DNA of 64,000 nucleotides, taken from the NCBI GenBank assembly GCA_965541585.1, contig CBEUCH010000013.1, positions 48,692-112,691 on the forward strand, read 5' to 3'. Positions 1-11,700 of this stretch are shown one piece after another. The stretch comes from an uncultured bacterium (lineage in GTDB: Bacteria > Zixibacteria > MSB-5A5 > UBA10806). Position 1 is the first letter of the stretch, and each line of letters begins with the position of its first letter. The position numbers were made by a program, and so were the translations under genes. The notes beneath the pieces were generated by a model that worked only from the letters and a program-made list of their open reading frames with translations, was not told the origin of the DNA and did not search any database.

Positions 1-1
1 G

Positions 2-400
2 TCGTATGATAACCAATTATCTGATTCCCTTGGACTTACACTGGTCATCCCGATTCAGGTCGGAGGCCGGATCGTAGTCGGAGATCCAACCGGAATTGAG
101 GATGACAAACCGCTTCCGGAATCTTTTGCGTTGTCGCAAAATTTTCCCAATCCGTTCAATCAGCAGACGCGAATCTCCTTCAATCTGGCGAGTTCAGGCG
201 AAGTCGGACTTGAGATATTCGATATTCTCGGAAGAAAAATAGCGACTTTATTCTCAGGTCGGGCTGATGAAGGAGAAACCGAAGTTAGCTGGGACGGGCG
301 GTCTGCGTGGGGAGGGGATGTGTCTTCGGGCGTTTATTATTATCGATTGCGGAACGCGGGGGGGGAATCGATAGTCAGGAAAATGACCTTGTTAAAGTAG
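2..400 (+). CDS. Partial (5'-truncated) secreted protein: probable cohesin C-terminus plus T9SS type A/FlgD-Ig C-terminal sorting domain
   Basis: Frame is open from position 2 (SYDNQLSDSLGLTLVIPIQVGGRIVVG...). This resembles the end of the first cohesin-like domain of the next gene (DNNWSDSLGERLLVPQLLPGNFSIL). It is followed by QNFPNPFN...IFDILGRKI...SSGVYYYRL...KMTLLK. Confidence 0.85.
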   Translation, partial: SYDNQLSDSLGLTLVIPIQVGGRIVVGDPTGIEDDKPLPESFALSQNFPNPFNQQTRISFNLASSGEVGLEIFDILGRKIATLFSGRADEGETEVSWDGRSAWGGDVSSGVYYYRLRNAGGESIVRKMTLLK

Positions 401-413
401 TGGGGCCGATGAT

Positions 414-2543
414 ATGAAAAAGCTAATCTTGCCTCTTGTCATAGCGATCTTTCTGGCAGCATCATGGTCTGATGCAGAGGCGCAGGAATATTCTGATGCC
501 GATACCATGGCCATAATTGATGGCTATGGCAATCCCGGGGATACGGTCGGCGTCATAATGCACATGGCTAACCATACTATCGACGTTGGGGGGTATCTTC
601 ACAGAATCGTTTACGACGAGACGCTCCTGGAGCCCCTGATGGTCACCGACACCATAATGAGTAGCGAATGTCTGGATAGGGGCTGTCAACTCGGAGCATC
701 AGCCGATGCTCTTGAGCCGGGCGTCGTCAGGATTCTGGCGTATAGCCAATTTGGCGACTATATTCCAATGGGCAGCGGTCCTGTATTGCAGCTTAATTTT
801 ATAGTCAAACCGACAGCGCCGCCCGGGACCATTACTATTCTGCAATTCCAGGATCTAATCCCGCCGCAGGATAATAACTGGTCTGATTCACTGGGGGAGC
901 GTCTCCTGGTGCCTCAGCTGTTACCCGGCAATTTCTCCATTCTGGGGGGAGGCTTAAACTCGCCGCCGGTCATCAACTTCGTCGGCGATCAGGAGGTGGC
1001 CGAGGGGCAGTTGCTGGAGTTTTCCGTGACCGCTCATGATCCGGACTCAGATCCGATTACATTGACCGCCCAGAACCTCCCCGATAATGGTTCGTTCCCC
1101 GTAGTCCAGGGTGATTCGCTGGTTACCGGTACCTTTTCTTTTCGCCCTGATTTCGACCAGGGGCCCGATACGTTTGTTGTAACTTTCAGAGCAACAGACA
1201 ATTCCAACAATGTCACCGAACGTCCGGTTCAGATTGTCGTTCTCGATCAGCCGGATGATTTCTTATCCATCAGCACCGACCAGGGAGGTATTCCGGGGGC
1301 GACGGCGAGGCCGGTGGATATCATCCTGTTCAATTCCATTCCGGTATTTGGCGCCCAGTTCGAGATTCTGTATGATCCTTTTCAGATCCAGATCCCGGAG
1401 GTCTATTCGACGGAGAGAGCCTATGATATGTGGTTCTCTTACAACGAACCGGATCCCGGGAGAATTATAATCCTGATATTCTCGGTTGGCCTGGATTCGA
1501 TCTCATCGGGAGGCGGGCCTCTGGCACAGCTTATCGTCGACGCCGATCCCTTTGCAACCTTCGGCCCGACAGAACTGATCCTTCAAGAGGCCATTGAGGT
1601 TATCGACTCTACTGGAACATCGAAGCCACTCATTACGGAAGATGGATTTTTCACGATCGACCAATTCGGCGATTCCAATCTCGATGGTATTGTCAATGTT
1701 GGAGACTGCATAACCATAGTAGCGTATCTGATCGGGCGGGGCACCTTGAGCGAAAGGCAGCATGATGCCGCCGACATAGACAGCACCGGCCGAGTGGATA
1801 TAGGCGATCTTCAGCAATTGATTAACATCATATTGGAAATAGGTATTCCACCTCTGTCTTATCCGCAGGATTTGCCTGTAATCGTAGAATTGTTGAAGGA
1901 AGATATTGGCCGCCAAGGAGATAAGCTAACCGTTCCGCTCTGGGCCGATATTACAGGCGAGGCCTCGGCCGTGCAGTTCGAACTGACTTTCGATACCGAT
2001 AAGCTCGGCGAAATAGAGATCGTCAAGGGCGATATGGTCTCTGATATGACGCTTGATTATACGGTCGCCGGCGGCAGCATTAAAGGACTAGTATACCATC
2101 TGGGTGGTAACAACTTCGGACCCGCCACAGGACGGCTTGTAGAATTTAAGTTCGACGCCCTGACCGGCGATTTCGATCCGAGCAGCGATATAAACCTTGC
2201 CGATTTCCAGGTAGTCAACCCGGCCGCCGACTTTATGCCGGTGGAAATTAAAGGACGATTGCCGGAAATTTTCAGGCTCGCTCAAAATTACCCGAATCCA
2301 TTCAATGCGGGCACGAACATCAGCTTCAGTTTACCGTTATCCGGATATGTAGAGCTTTCGGTTTACGATCTCCTGGGACGAAGAGTAACAATTCTTCTTG
2401 ATAGCTTCCTGCCGGCCGGAAATCATCTTGTGACCTGGAACGGTCGTTCCGGTAATGGAGAATCGATGGCCACGGGCATTTACTTCTATCGCCTGGCGGC
2501 CGAGGGATTTGACGAAACAAAAAAGATGTTGTTGGTGAAGTAG
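414..2543 (+). CDS. Secreted scaffoldin-like protein: cohesin, cadherin-like Ig, cohesin, dockerin, cohesin-like, sorting domain
   Basis: Signal peptide. Cohesin-like segments (GNPGDTV...IVYDETLL; VFGAQFEILYDP; ASAVQFELTFD). One NSPP...EGQ...DPDSD Ig repeat. Duplicated F-hand GDSNLDGIVNVGD / ADIDSTGRVDIGD. QNYPNPFN...GIYFYRL...KKMLLVK. Confidence 0.85.
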   Translation: MKKLILPLVIAIFLAASWSDAEAQEYSDADTMAIIDGYGNPGDTVGVIMHMANHTIDVGGYLHRIVYDETLLEPLMVTDTIMSSECLDRGCQLGASADALEPGVVRILAYSQFGDYIPMGSGPVLQLNFIVKPTAPPGTITILQFQDLIPPQDNNWSDSLGERLLVPQLLPGNFSILGGGLNSPPVINFVGDQEVAEGQLLEFSVTAHDPDSDPITLTAQNLPDNGSFPVVQGDSLVTGTFSFRPDFDQGPDTFVVTFRATDNSNNVTERPVQIVVLDQPDDFLSISTDQGGIPGATARPVDIILFNSIPVFGAQFEILYDPFQIQIPEVYSTERAYDMWFSYNEPDPGRIIILIFSVGLDSISSGGGPLAQLIVDADPFATFGPTELILQEAIEVIDSTGTSKPLITEDGFFTIDQFGDSNLDGIVNVGDCITIVAYLIGRGTLSERQHDAADIDSTGRVDIGDLQQLINIILEIGIPPLSYPQDLPVIVELLKEDIGRQGDKLTVPLWADITGEASAVQFELTFDTDKLGEIEIVKGDMVSDMTLDYTVAGGSIKGLVYHLGGNNFGPATGRLVEFKFDALTGDFDPSSDINLADFQVVNPAADFMPVEIKGRLPEIFRLAQNYPNPFNAGTNISFSLPLSGYVELSVYDLLGRRVTILLDSFLPAGNHLVTWNGRSGNGESMATGIYFYRLAAEGFDETKKMLLVK

Positions 2544-2765
2544 CGTCAACGGCACTTCCGGGTTGAGGTCTTGCTCTAAATGGGCATAGATGACCCGAAG
2601 TGACGGCATGAAAGAGGCCGAGATGATTGCTGAATTAAAATATATTCTATCTGATTTTATTCAGATTTCAGAGGGTCAGAGTCTATCATCGTACACCCTC
2701 TCCCCGGATATGGATAGAAGATCCTTTTCATTAAATAGCCTACATGGTTTTACTGGCGTCGGGGC

Positions 2766-5700
2766 TTGCAAATGATACCTAAACAGCCGCGAAAAGCCAT
2801 TGGATACCTTCCGCTCGCGTTGTTTGCTCTAATTTTCCTTTTCCCACTCTCCGCCAGAGCGCAACTGGCGGAATCGCTTTATGTGGACTCGTCCTCCAGC
2901 TCCAGACCGATTAGTTCGGAGATCAACAGTCATGGTGCGACCGATGGTGCTGAAGCAAGCATTTCAGGGAATTTGGCCGCTCCTCAAGACACTTGGACGT
3001 TTGATTTTGATGACACGATTAACCCCGGCCAAGTGATCATAAATGCCCAGATTTTCATTACTCACCGACAGTCTGGATATATTGACGACAGCCTGGTGAT
3101 CGAATATTTTGATGGAAACAATTTTATTCAATTTGAGTCGTTCGCCAATGTGCCTACTTCTCTAACCACAATTGGGCCCTTCAACGCAGATTCTATCACC
3201 TCCACTGATCAGCTCAATGGATTTCAGGTTCAGATGCGGGGTATTCAGAAAGCTCGCGGGCATGACGTGATAACATATTACGTCGATGCCGTAGAGCTTC
3301 GATTGACTTACCAAGCTAACGAACCACCTGTTGTTGACCCTATCCCTCCTCAAATAATAGCTGAGGGCGCCCATCTTGATGTGAGGTTGACTGCAAGCGA
3401 TCCGGATATCGGCGATATATTAACCTTAACTGCGGAAAATCTTCCCCCAAATGCCAGCTTCAGTGATTCATCCGGCGGCGTCGGTGGTCTAATATTTGAC
3501 CCCGATTTTACCCAAGCAGGATTTTATCAGGTAAGCATTATAGCTACGGATCAGGGGGGGCTTGCCGATACGGGAACGGTTGATATAACTGTCACGAATG
3601 TCGATCTACCTCCGGTTTTAGATCCTATATCACCACAGATAATGGCGGAAGGCGCTCACCTCGATTTGACGATAACGGCGTCTGATCCTGACGGGGATGT
3701 CATCGGTCTGGTGGCGGAGTTATTGCCACCCAATTCGGCTTTCTTCGATTCCACCGGTGGGATAGGCGGCTTCACCTTCGATCCTGATTATACTCAATCC
3801 GGTCCTCATCAGGTGCGGTTTATAGCGAGTTCTAATTCACTTGCAGACACTCAGCTTGTTGATATCACTGTCACCGATGTCGACCGTCCGCCGGTTTTAG
3901 ATCCTATATCGCCACAGATAATGGCGGAGGGCGACCATCTCGATTTGCGTGTTACGGCGTCTGATCCAGACGGGGATGTCATCAGTCTGCTGGCGGAACT
4001 GTTACCTCCTAATTCCGCTTTCTTCGATTCGACCGGAGGGGTGGGCGGTTTCACGTTTGATCCTGATTATACTCAATCCGGTCCTCATCAGATAAGATTT
4101 ATAGCAAGTTCTAATTCACTAGCAGACACTCATCTTGTAGATATCACTGTCACGAATGTTGACCGTCCGCCGGTTTTAGATCCGATATCGCCGCAGATTA
4201 TGGCGGAGGGCGATCATCTCGATTTGCGTGTAACGGCTTCAGATCCCGATGGCGATCTGATCGGTCTGGTGGCGGAGTTATTACCACCCAATTCGGCTTT
4301 CTTCGACTCGACCGGTGGGGTGGGCGGATTCACCTTCGATCCCGACTATACGCAGTCGGGTCCTCACCAGGTGCGGTTTATAGCGAGTTCTAATTCACTT
4401 GCAGACACTCAGCTTGTTGATATAACTGTCACGGATGTCGACCGTCCACCGGTTTTAGATCCTATCTCTCCTCAAACTATGGCGGAGGGCGATCATCTCG
4501 ATTTGCGTGTAACGGCCTCTGATCCTGACGGCGATCCAATCAGTCTGGTGGCGGAATTATTGCCACCTAATTCTGCTTTCTTCGACTCGACCGGTGGGGT
4601 GGGTGGCTTCACGTTCGATCCCGACTATACGCAATCCGGTCCTCACCAGGTGAGGTTTATAGCCAACTCGAACTCGTTGGCTGATACCCAGCTTGTTGAT
4701 ATAACCGTCACGAATGTCGACCTGCCGCCGGTATTGGATCCTATCTCTCCTCAAACCATGGCAGAAGGCGATCATCTCGATTTGACGATAACGGCGTCTG
4801 ATCCTGACGGGGATGTCATCGGTCTGGTGGGGGAGCTTTTACCTCCCAATTCGGCTTTCTTCGATTCGACCGGTGGGGTGGGCGGATTCACGTTTGATCC
4901 TGATTATACTCAATCCGGTCCTCATCAAGTAAGGTTTATAGCCAACTCGAACTCGTTGGCTGACACCCAGCTTGTGGATATAACCGTCACCAATGTCGAT
5001 CTGCCGCCTGCTCTGGATCCGATCTCACCCCAGACAGTATTTGAAGGTGCGCATCTTGATTTACGGGTGACGGCCTCGGATGCCGATGGGGATGTCATCA
5101 GTCTGGTGGCGGAATTATTGCCTGCCAATTCGGCTTTTTTCGATTCCACCGGAGGAATCGGGGGATTTACATTTGATCCGGATTATGACCAGGCGGGGCC
5201 ATATCAGGTTCGATTCATAGCTTCTTCCACCGCTCTTGCAGATACGCAGTTAGTGGACATAACGGTCATAAATGTCGGCCTGCCTCCTGTGATTGACCCT
5301 GTTTCAGCTCAATCTGTGGATGAGGCGGGACATCTCGACGTAAGGGTAACCGCCTCAGATCCTGATCTGGGAGATGTGATTACATTGACCGCAGAGCAGC
5401 TGCCGGCCAACGCCAGTTTTGCTGACTCTTCGGGTGGTGTAGGGGGTTTGGTTTTTGACCCTGACTTTACACAGGCTGGTTTTTATCAGGTCAGAATAAT
5501 AGCCACCGATACGGGGGCGCTGGCCGATACGGAAATGGTTGACATTACGGTCAATCAGATTAATGCGCCGCCGGTACTGGAACCTATCGGCCCACGGTTT
5601 GTCGATGAGGGTTCCCATCTTGAATTTGTATTAATCTCCTCCGATGTGGATGGAGACAGTATAATATTGACTGCTGAAAATCTTCCTGCCAACTCAGCAT

Positions 5701-8700
5701 TCGCCGATAGCGGCAACGGACACGGGCTATTCCAATTCGATCCGGATTTCAATCAGAGCGCAATCTACCCCGTTAGATTTATCGCCTCCGACGGTATCCT
5801 TGCAGATTCTGAGATTGTAGATATAACGGTTAACGATGTTGACCGGTCGCCGATTTTAGATCCTATATCGCCGCAGATTATGGCTGAGGGTGGTCATCTC
5901 GATTTGAGGGTAACGGCCTCCGATCCGGATGGCGATCCGATCGGTCTTATAGCGGAGTTGTTGCCTCCCAATTCGGCTTTCTTTGATTCGACCGGAGGCG
6001 TGGGCGGTTTTACCTTCGATCCTGATTACACCCAATCGGGACCTCACCAGGTGAGATTTATAGCAAACTCAAATGCTTTAGCAGATACTCAACTTGTAGA
6101 TATCACTGTCACGAATGTCGATCTGCCGCCGGTTTTAGATCCGATATCGCCGCAGACTATGGGTGAGGGTGGTCATCTCGATTTGAGGGTAACGGCCTCC
6201 GATCCTGACGGTGATCCGATCGGTCTTATAGCGGAGTTATTGCCAGCCAATTCAGCATTCTTTGATTCGACGGGAGGAGTGGGTGGTTTCACATTCGATC
6301 CTGATTACACTCAATCAGGACCTCACCAGGTGAGATTCATAGCAAACTCGAACTCTTTGGCGGACACTCAGCTTGTAGATATAACTGTCACGAATGTCGA
6401 TCTGCCGCCGGTTTTGGATCCGATATCGCCGCAGATAATGGCCGAGGGCGGTCATCTCGATTTGAGGGTAACGGCCTCCGATCCGGATGGCGATCCGATC
6501 GGTCTTATAGCGGAATTATTGCCTCCCAATTCGGCATTCTTCGATTCGACCGGAGGAGTGGGAGGTCTCATTTTCGACCCGGATTACACTCAATCAGGAC
6601 CTCATCAGGTGCGGTTTATCGCGAATTCAAACTCATTGGCGGACACTCAGCTTGTTGATATAACTGTCACCAATGTAGATCTGCCGCCGGTTTTAGATCC
6701 GATATCGCCGCAGATTATGGCGGAGGGTGATCATCTCGATTTGAGGATTACAACTTCAGATCCTGATGGCGATCCCATCGGTCTTATAGCGGAGTTATTG
6801 CCTCCGAATTCGGCCTTCTTCGATTCCACCGGAGGAGTGGGAGGATTCACATTCGATCCGGATTACACTCAATCAGGGCCTCACCAGGTGAGATTTATTG
6901 CGAATTCAAACTCATTGGCGGACACTCAGCTTGTAGATATAACCGTCACGAATGTAGATCTGCCGCCGGTTTTAGATCCGATATCGCCGCAGATTATGGC
7001 CGAGGGCGATCATCTCGATTTGAGGGTAACGGCCTCTGATCCCGACGGTGACCCCATCGGTCTTATAGCGGAGTTATTGCCTCCCAATTCGGCCTTCTTT
7101 GATTCCACCGGAGGAGTGGGAGGCTTCACATTCGATCCGGATTACACCCAATCAGGACCTCACCAGGTAAGATTTATTGCAAACTCGAATGCTTTAGCAG
7201 ACACTCAACTTGTAGATATCACTGTCACGAATGTCGACCTGCCGCCTGTTTTAGATCCGATATCTCCGCAGATTATGGCCGAGGGCGGCCATCTCGATTT
7301 GAGGGTAACGGCCTCCGATCCGGATGGAGATCCCATTGGTCTTATAGCGGAGTTATTGCCAGCCAATTCGGCCTTCTTCGATTCCACGGGAGGAGTGGGT
7401 GGTTTCACATTCGATCCTGATTACAGCCAATCAGGACCTCACCAGGTGAGATTTATTGCAAATTCAAACTCTTTGGCGGACACTCAGCTTGTAGATATAA
7501 CCGTCACGAATGTAGATCTGCCGCCGGTTTTAGATCCGATATCGCCGCAGATTATGGCTGAGGGCGATCATCTTGATTTGAGGATTACGGCTTCAGATCC
7601 CGATGGCGATCCAGTCGGTCTTATAGCAGAGTTATTGCCTCCCAATTCGGCTTTCTTTGATTCCACCGGAGGCGTGGGAGGTTTCACATTCGATCCGGAT
7701 TACACCCAATCAGGACCTCACCAGGTGCGGTTTATTGCAAATTCAAACTCATTGGCGGACACTCAACTTGTAGATATCACTGTCACGAATGTCGATCTGC
7801 CGCCGGTTTTAGATCCTATATCGCCGCAGATTTTGGCTGAGGGGGATCATCTTGATTTGAGGATTACGGCTTCAGATCCTGACGGCGATCCAATAGGTAT
7901 TATAGCGGAGTTATTGCCAGCCAATTCGGCATTCTTTGATTCCACCGGAGGAGTGGGAGGATTTACCTTCGATCCGGATTACACCCAATCAGGACCTCAC
8001 CAGGTGCGGTTTATTGCAAATTCAAATACTCTAGCGGATACTCAGCTTGTAGATATCACTGTCACGAATGTAGATCTGCCGCCTGTGTTAGATCCTATAT
8101 CCCCGCAGATTATAGCCGAGGGCGGCCATCTCGATTTGAGGGTAACAGCTTCTGATCCCGACGGTGATCCCGTCGGTCTTATGGCGGAGCTATTGCCTGC
8201 CAATTCGGCCTTCTTTGATTCGACAGGAGGAGTGGGCGGATTGACATTCGATCCGGATTACACCCAATCAGGACCTCACCAGGTGCGGTTTATTGCGAAT
8301 TCAAATACTCTAGCGGATACTCAGCTTGTAGATATCACTGTCACGAATGTAGATCTGCCGCCTGTGTTAGATCCGATATCGCCGCAGATTATGGCTGAGG
8401 GCGATCATCTTGATTTGAGGATAACGGCCTCCGATCCCGATGGCGATCCGATCGGTCTGATAGCGGAGTTATTGCCGGCCAATTCGGCCTTCTTCGATTC
8501 CACCGGAGGCGTGGGAGGATTCACATTCGATCCGGATTATACCCAATCAGGACCTCACCAGGTGAGATTCATAGCAAACTCGAACTCATTAGCAGACACT
8601 CAACTTGTAGATATCACCGTTACCGATGTTGATTTACCGCCGGTCTTTGATCCTATTCCTTCGCAATCGGTTGACGAAAACAGCCATCTGGATATCAGGG

Positions 8701-11700
8701 TTACAGCATCGGATTTCGACGGTGACCCGATCATATTAACCGCAGAGGGGCTGCCTGCCAATGCCAGTTTTGCTGATTCTTCCAATGGTGTGGGTGGCTT
8801 TACGTTCGACCCGGATTTCTTCCAATCCGGCGACTATACGGTTACTTTTATTGCTAATTCAAACGCCCTGGCGGATACGGAATTTGTAGATATAACAGTA
8901 AATAATGTAAACCGCGCCCCGTTATTGAATCCGATTGGCAATCGCTCAGTCATCGAGGGTGGAAATATCAGCTTCGAGATTACAGCCTCTGACCCGGATT
9001 TGGTGACGCCTTCCCTTACAGCCCAGGATTTACCAATAAATGCCAGTTTTGTGGATTCTCTCGATGGTACAGGCCAATTTACTTTTAATCCCGGCTACAC
9101 GCAGGCCGGATTATATGATGTGCTCTTTATCGCCAGCGATGGAGACCTGGCCGATTCTGAAATGGTGCAGATAACTGTATTCGATGCCGGTAACCAGCCG
9201 CCCGAAATAGACTACATAGGCCCGCAGCTGGTTTACGAAGGATATCATCTTGAACTTCTGGTCACGGCCAGCGACCCGGATAGCACAATACCCGCTTTGC
9301 AGGGATTGAATTTGCCCGCCAATTCAGCTTTTGCGGATTCAGGCAACGGGAATGCATCGTTTACGTTCGATCCCGATTATACCCAGTCGGGAGTTTATAA
9401 TGTTTTATTCAGAGCTTACGATGGTGGTCTTTATGATTCGCTCTGGGTGGGGATCACCGTACTGGATTCCAATCGCACTCCGATCTTGGATCCCATCGGC
9501 TCTCAAACTGTTACAGAAGGCAATAGGCTTCAGTTTGTGATTACATCCTCCGATCCTGACGGAACAACACCGCAGCTATCAACCGGTGCGCTACCGTTCA
9601 ATGCTGTTTTTGAGGATTCGCTCAACGGAAATGGTCTGTTTACATTCGATCCTGATTTCACTCAATCGGGTATCGATACCATTCTATTTGTTGCTGCCGA
9701 CGGTCTTCTGGCCGATTCGGAGTTCGTTGAGATAACAATACTGGAATTCGGCAATAATCCCCCTGTATTAGATCCCATTGGCCCTCAGTCTGTGGACGAG
9801 GGGAGTCAATTACAGGTGATCATCTCGGCGTCGGATCTCGACGGCACTATTCCCTCTCTGGCGGCAGAAGGTCTACCGGCGAACGCTGCCTTCACCGATA
9901 GCCTGAACGGCCGCGGTTTATTTGAATTCTCACCATCATATTTCCAATCGGGCCCTTATCAGGTCAGATTTATAGCATCCGACGGGGTGGCGTCTGATAC
10001 AGAGCTTGTAGATATTACAGTTAATGATATTGATCGTCTGCCGGTCTTAGATCCGATTTCGCCACAGATTTTGGCTGAAGGCGATCATCTTGATTTGCGT
10101 GTAACGGCCTCGGATCCCGATGGCGATCCAATCAATCTTTTGGCAGAGTTGTTACCTGCGAATTCGGCTTTCTTCGATTCGACCGGAGGAGTTGGAGGTT
10201 TTACCTTCGATCCGGATTACACCCAATCAGGACCTCACCAGGTGAGATTTATTGCAAATTCAAATGCTCTTGCTGATACTCAACTTGTAGATATAACTGT
10301 CACGAATGTAGATCTGCCACCGGTTTTAGATCCCATTTCAGCACAGATAGTTGCCGAGGGTGATCATCTTGATTTGCGCATTACAGCATCAGATCCTGAC
10401 GGTGATCCGATCGGTCTGGTGGCGGAGTTATTGCCTCCCAATTCGGCCTTCTTCGATTCCACCGGAGGCGTGGGAGGTTTCACCTTCGATCCGGATTACA
10501 CTCAATCCGGCCCTCACCAGGTGCGATTCATAGCATCATCCACTACTTTTGCGGATACCCAACTGGTTGACATAACCGTTACAGATGTCGATCTGCCGCC
10601 GGTTTTAGATCCCATTTCAGCACAGGTGATTGCCGAGGGTAATCATCTTGATTTGCGCATTACAGCATCAGATCCCGACGGTGATCCAATCGGCCTGGTG
10701 GCAGAGTTATTGCCTCCCAATTCAGCCTTCTTCGATTCGACAGGAGGAGTGGGAGGTTTTACCTTCGATCCGGATTACACCCAATCAGGACCTCACCAGG
10801 TGAGATTTATTGCAAATTCAAATGCTCTTGCTGATACTCAACTTGTAGATATCACTGTCACGAATGTCGATCTGCCACCGGTTCTGGATCCTATCTCGCC
10901 GCAGACTATGGCTGAAGGCGATCATCTTGATTTGAGGATAACGGCCTCTGATCCCGATGGTGATCCCATCGGCCTTATAGCGGAGTTGTTGCCTCCCAAT
11001 TCGGTCTTCTTCGATTCCACTGGAGGAGTAGGAGGATTCACATTCGATCCGGATTACACCCAATCAGGACCTCATCAGGTGAGATTTATTGCAAATTCAA
11101 ACTCATTGGCGGACACTCAACTTGTAGATATAACTGTCACGAATGTAGATCTGCCGCCTGTGTTAGATCCGATCTCACCTCAGACCATGGCTGAAGGAGA
11201 CCATCTCGATTTGAGGATTACAGCTTCCGATCCGGATGGTGATCCCATCGGTATTATAGCGGAGTTATTACCTCCCAATTCGGCCTTCTTCGATTCGACA
11301 GGAGGCGTGGGAGGTTTTACCTTCGATCCGGATTATACTCAATCCGGCCCTCACCAAGTGAGATTCATAGCGAATTCCAATTCTCTGGCAGATACCCAGG
11401 TCGTTGATATAACCGTTACTGAGGTAGACCGTCCACCTGTTTTAGATCCGATATCGCCACAAACTATGGCCGAGGGCGATCATCTTGATTTGAGGATAAC
11501 AGCCTCAGATCCCGACGGCGATCTCATCGGTCTGGTGGCGGAATTGTTGCCGGTTAATTCAGCCTTCTTCGATTCGACCGGAGGAGTAGGAGGTTTAACC
11601 TTCGATCCCGATTACACGCAATCCGGCCCTCACCAGGTGAGATTCATAGCCAGTTCGAATTCGTTAGCAGACACTCAGCTTGTTGATATAACTGTCACGA

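Noticed and set aside
2590..2775. 61-aa ORF before the giant gene
   Set aside because: No clear SD or motif; probably intergenic or leader sequence.
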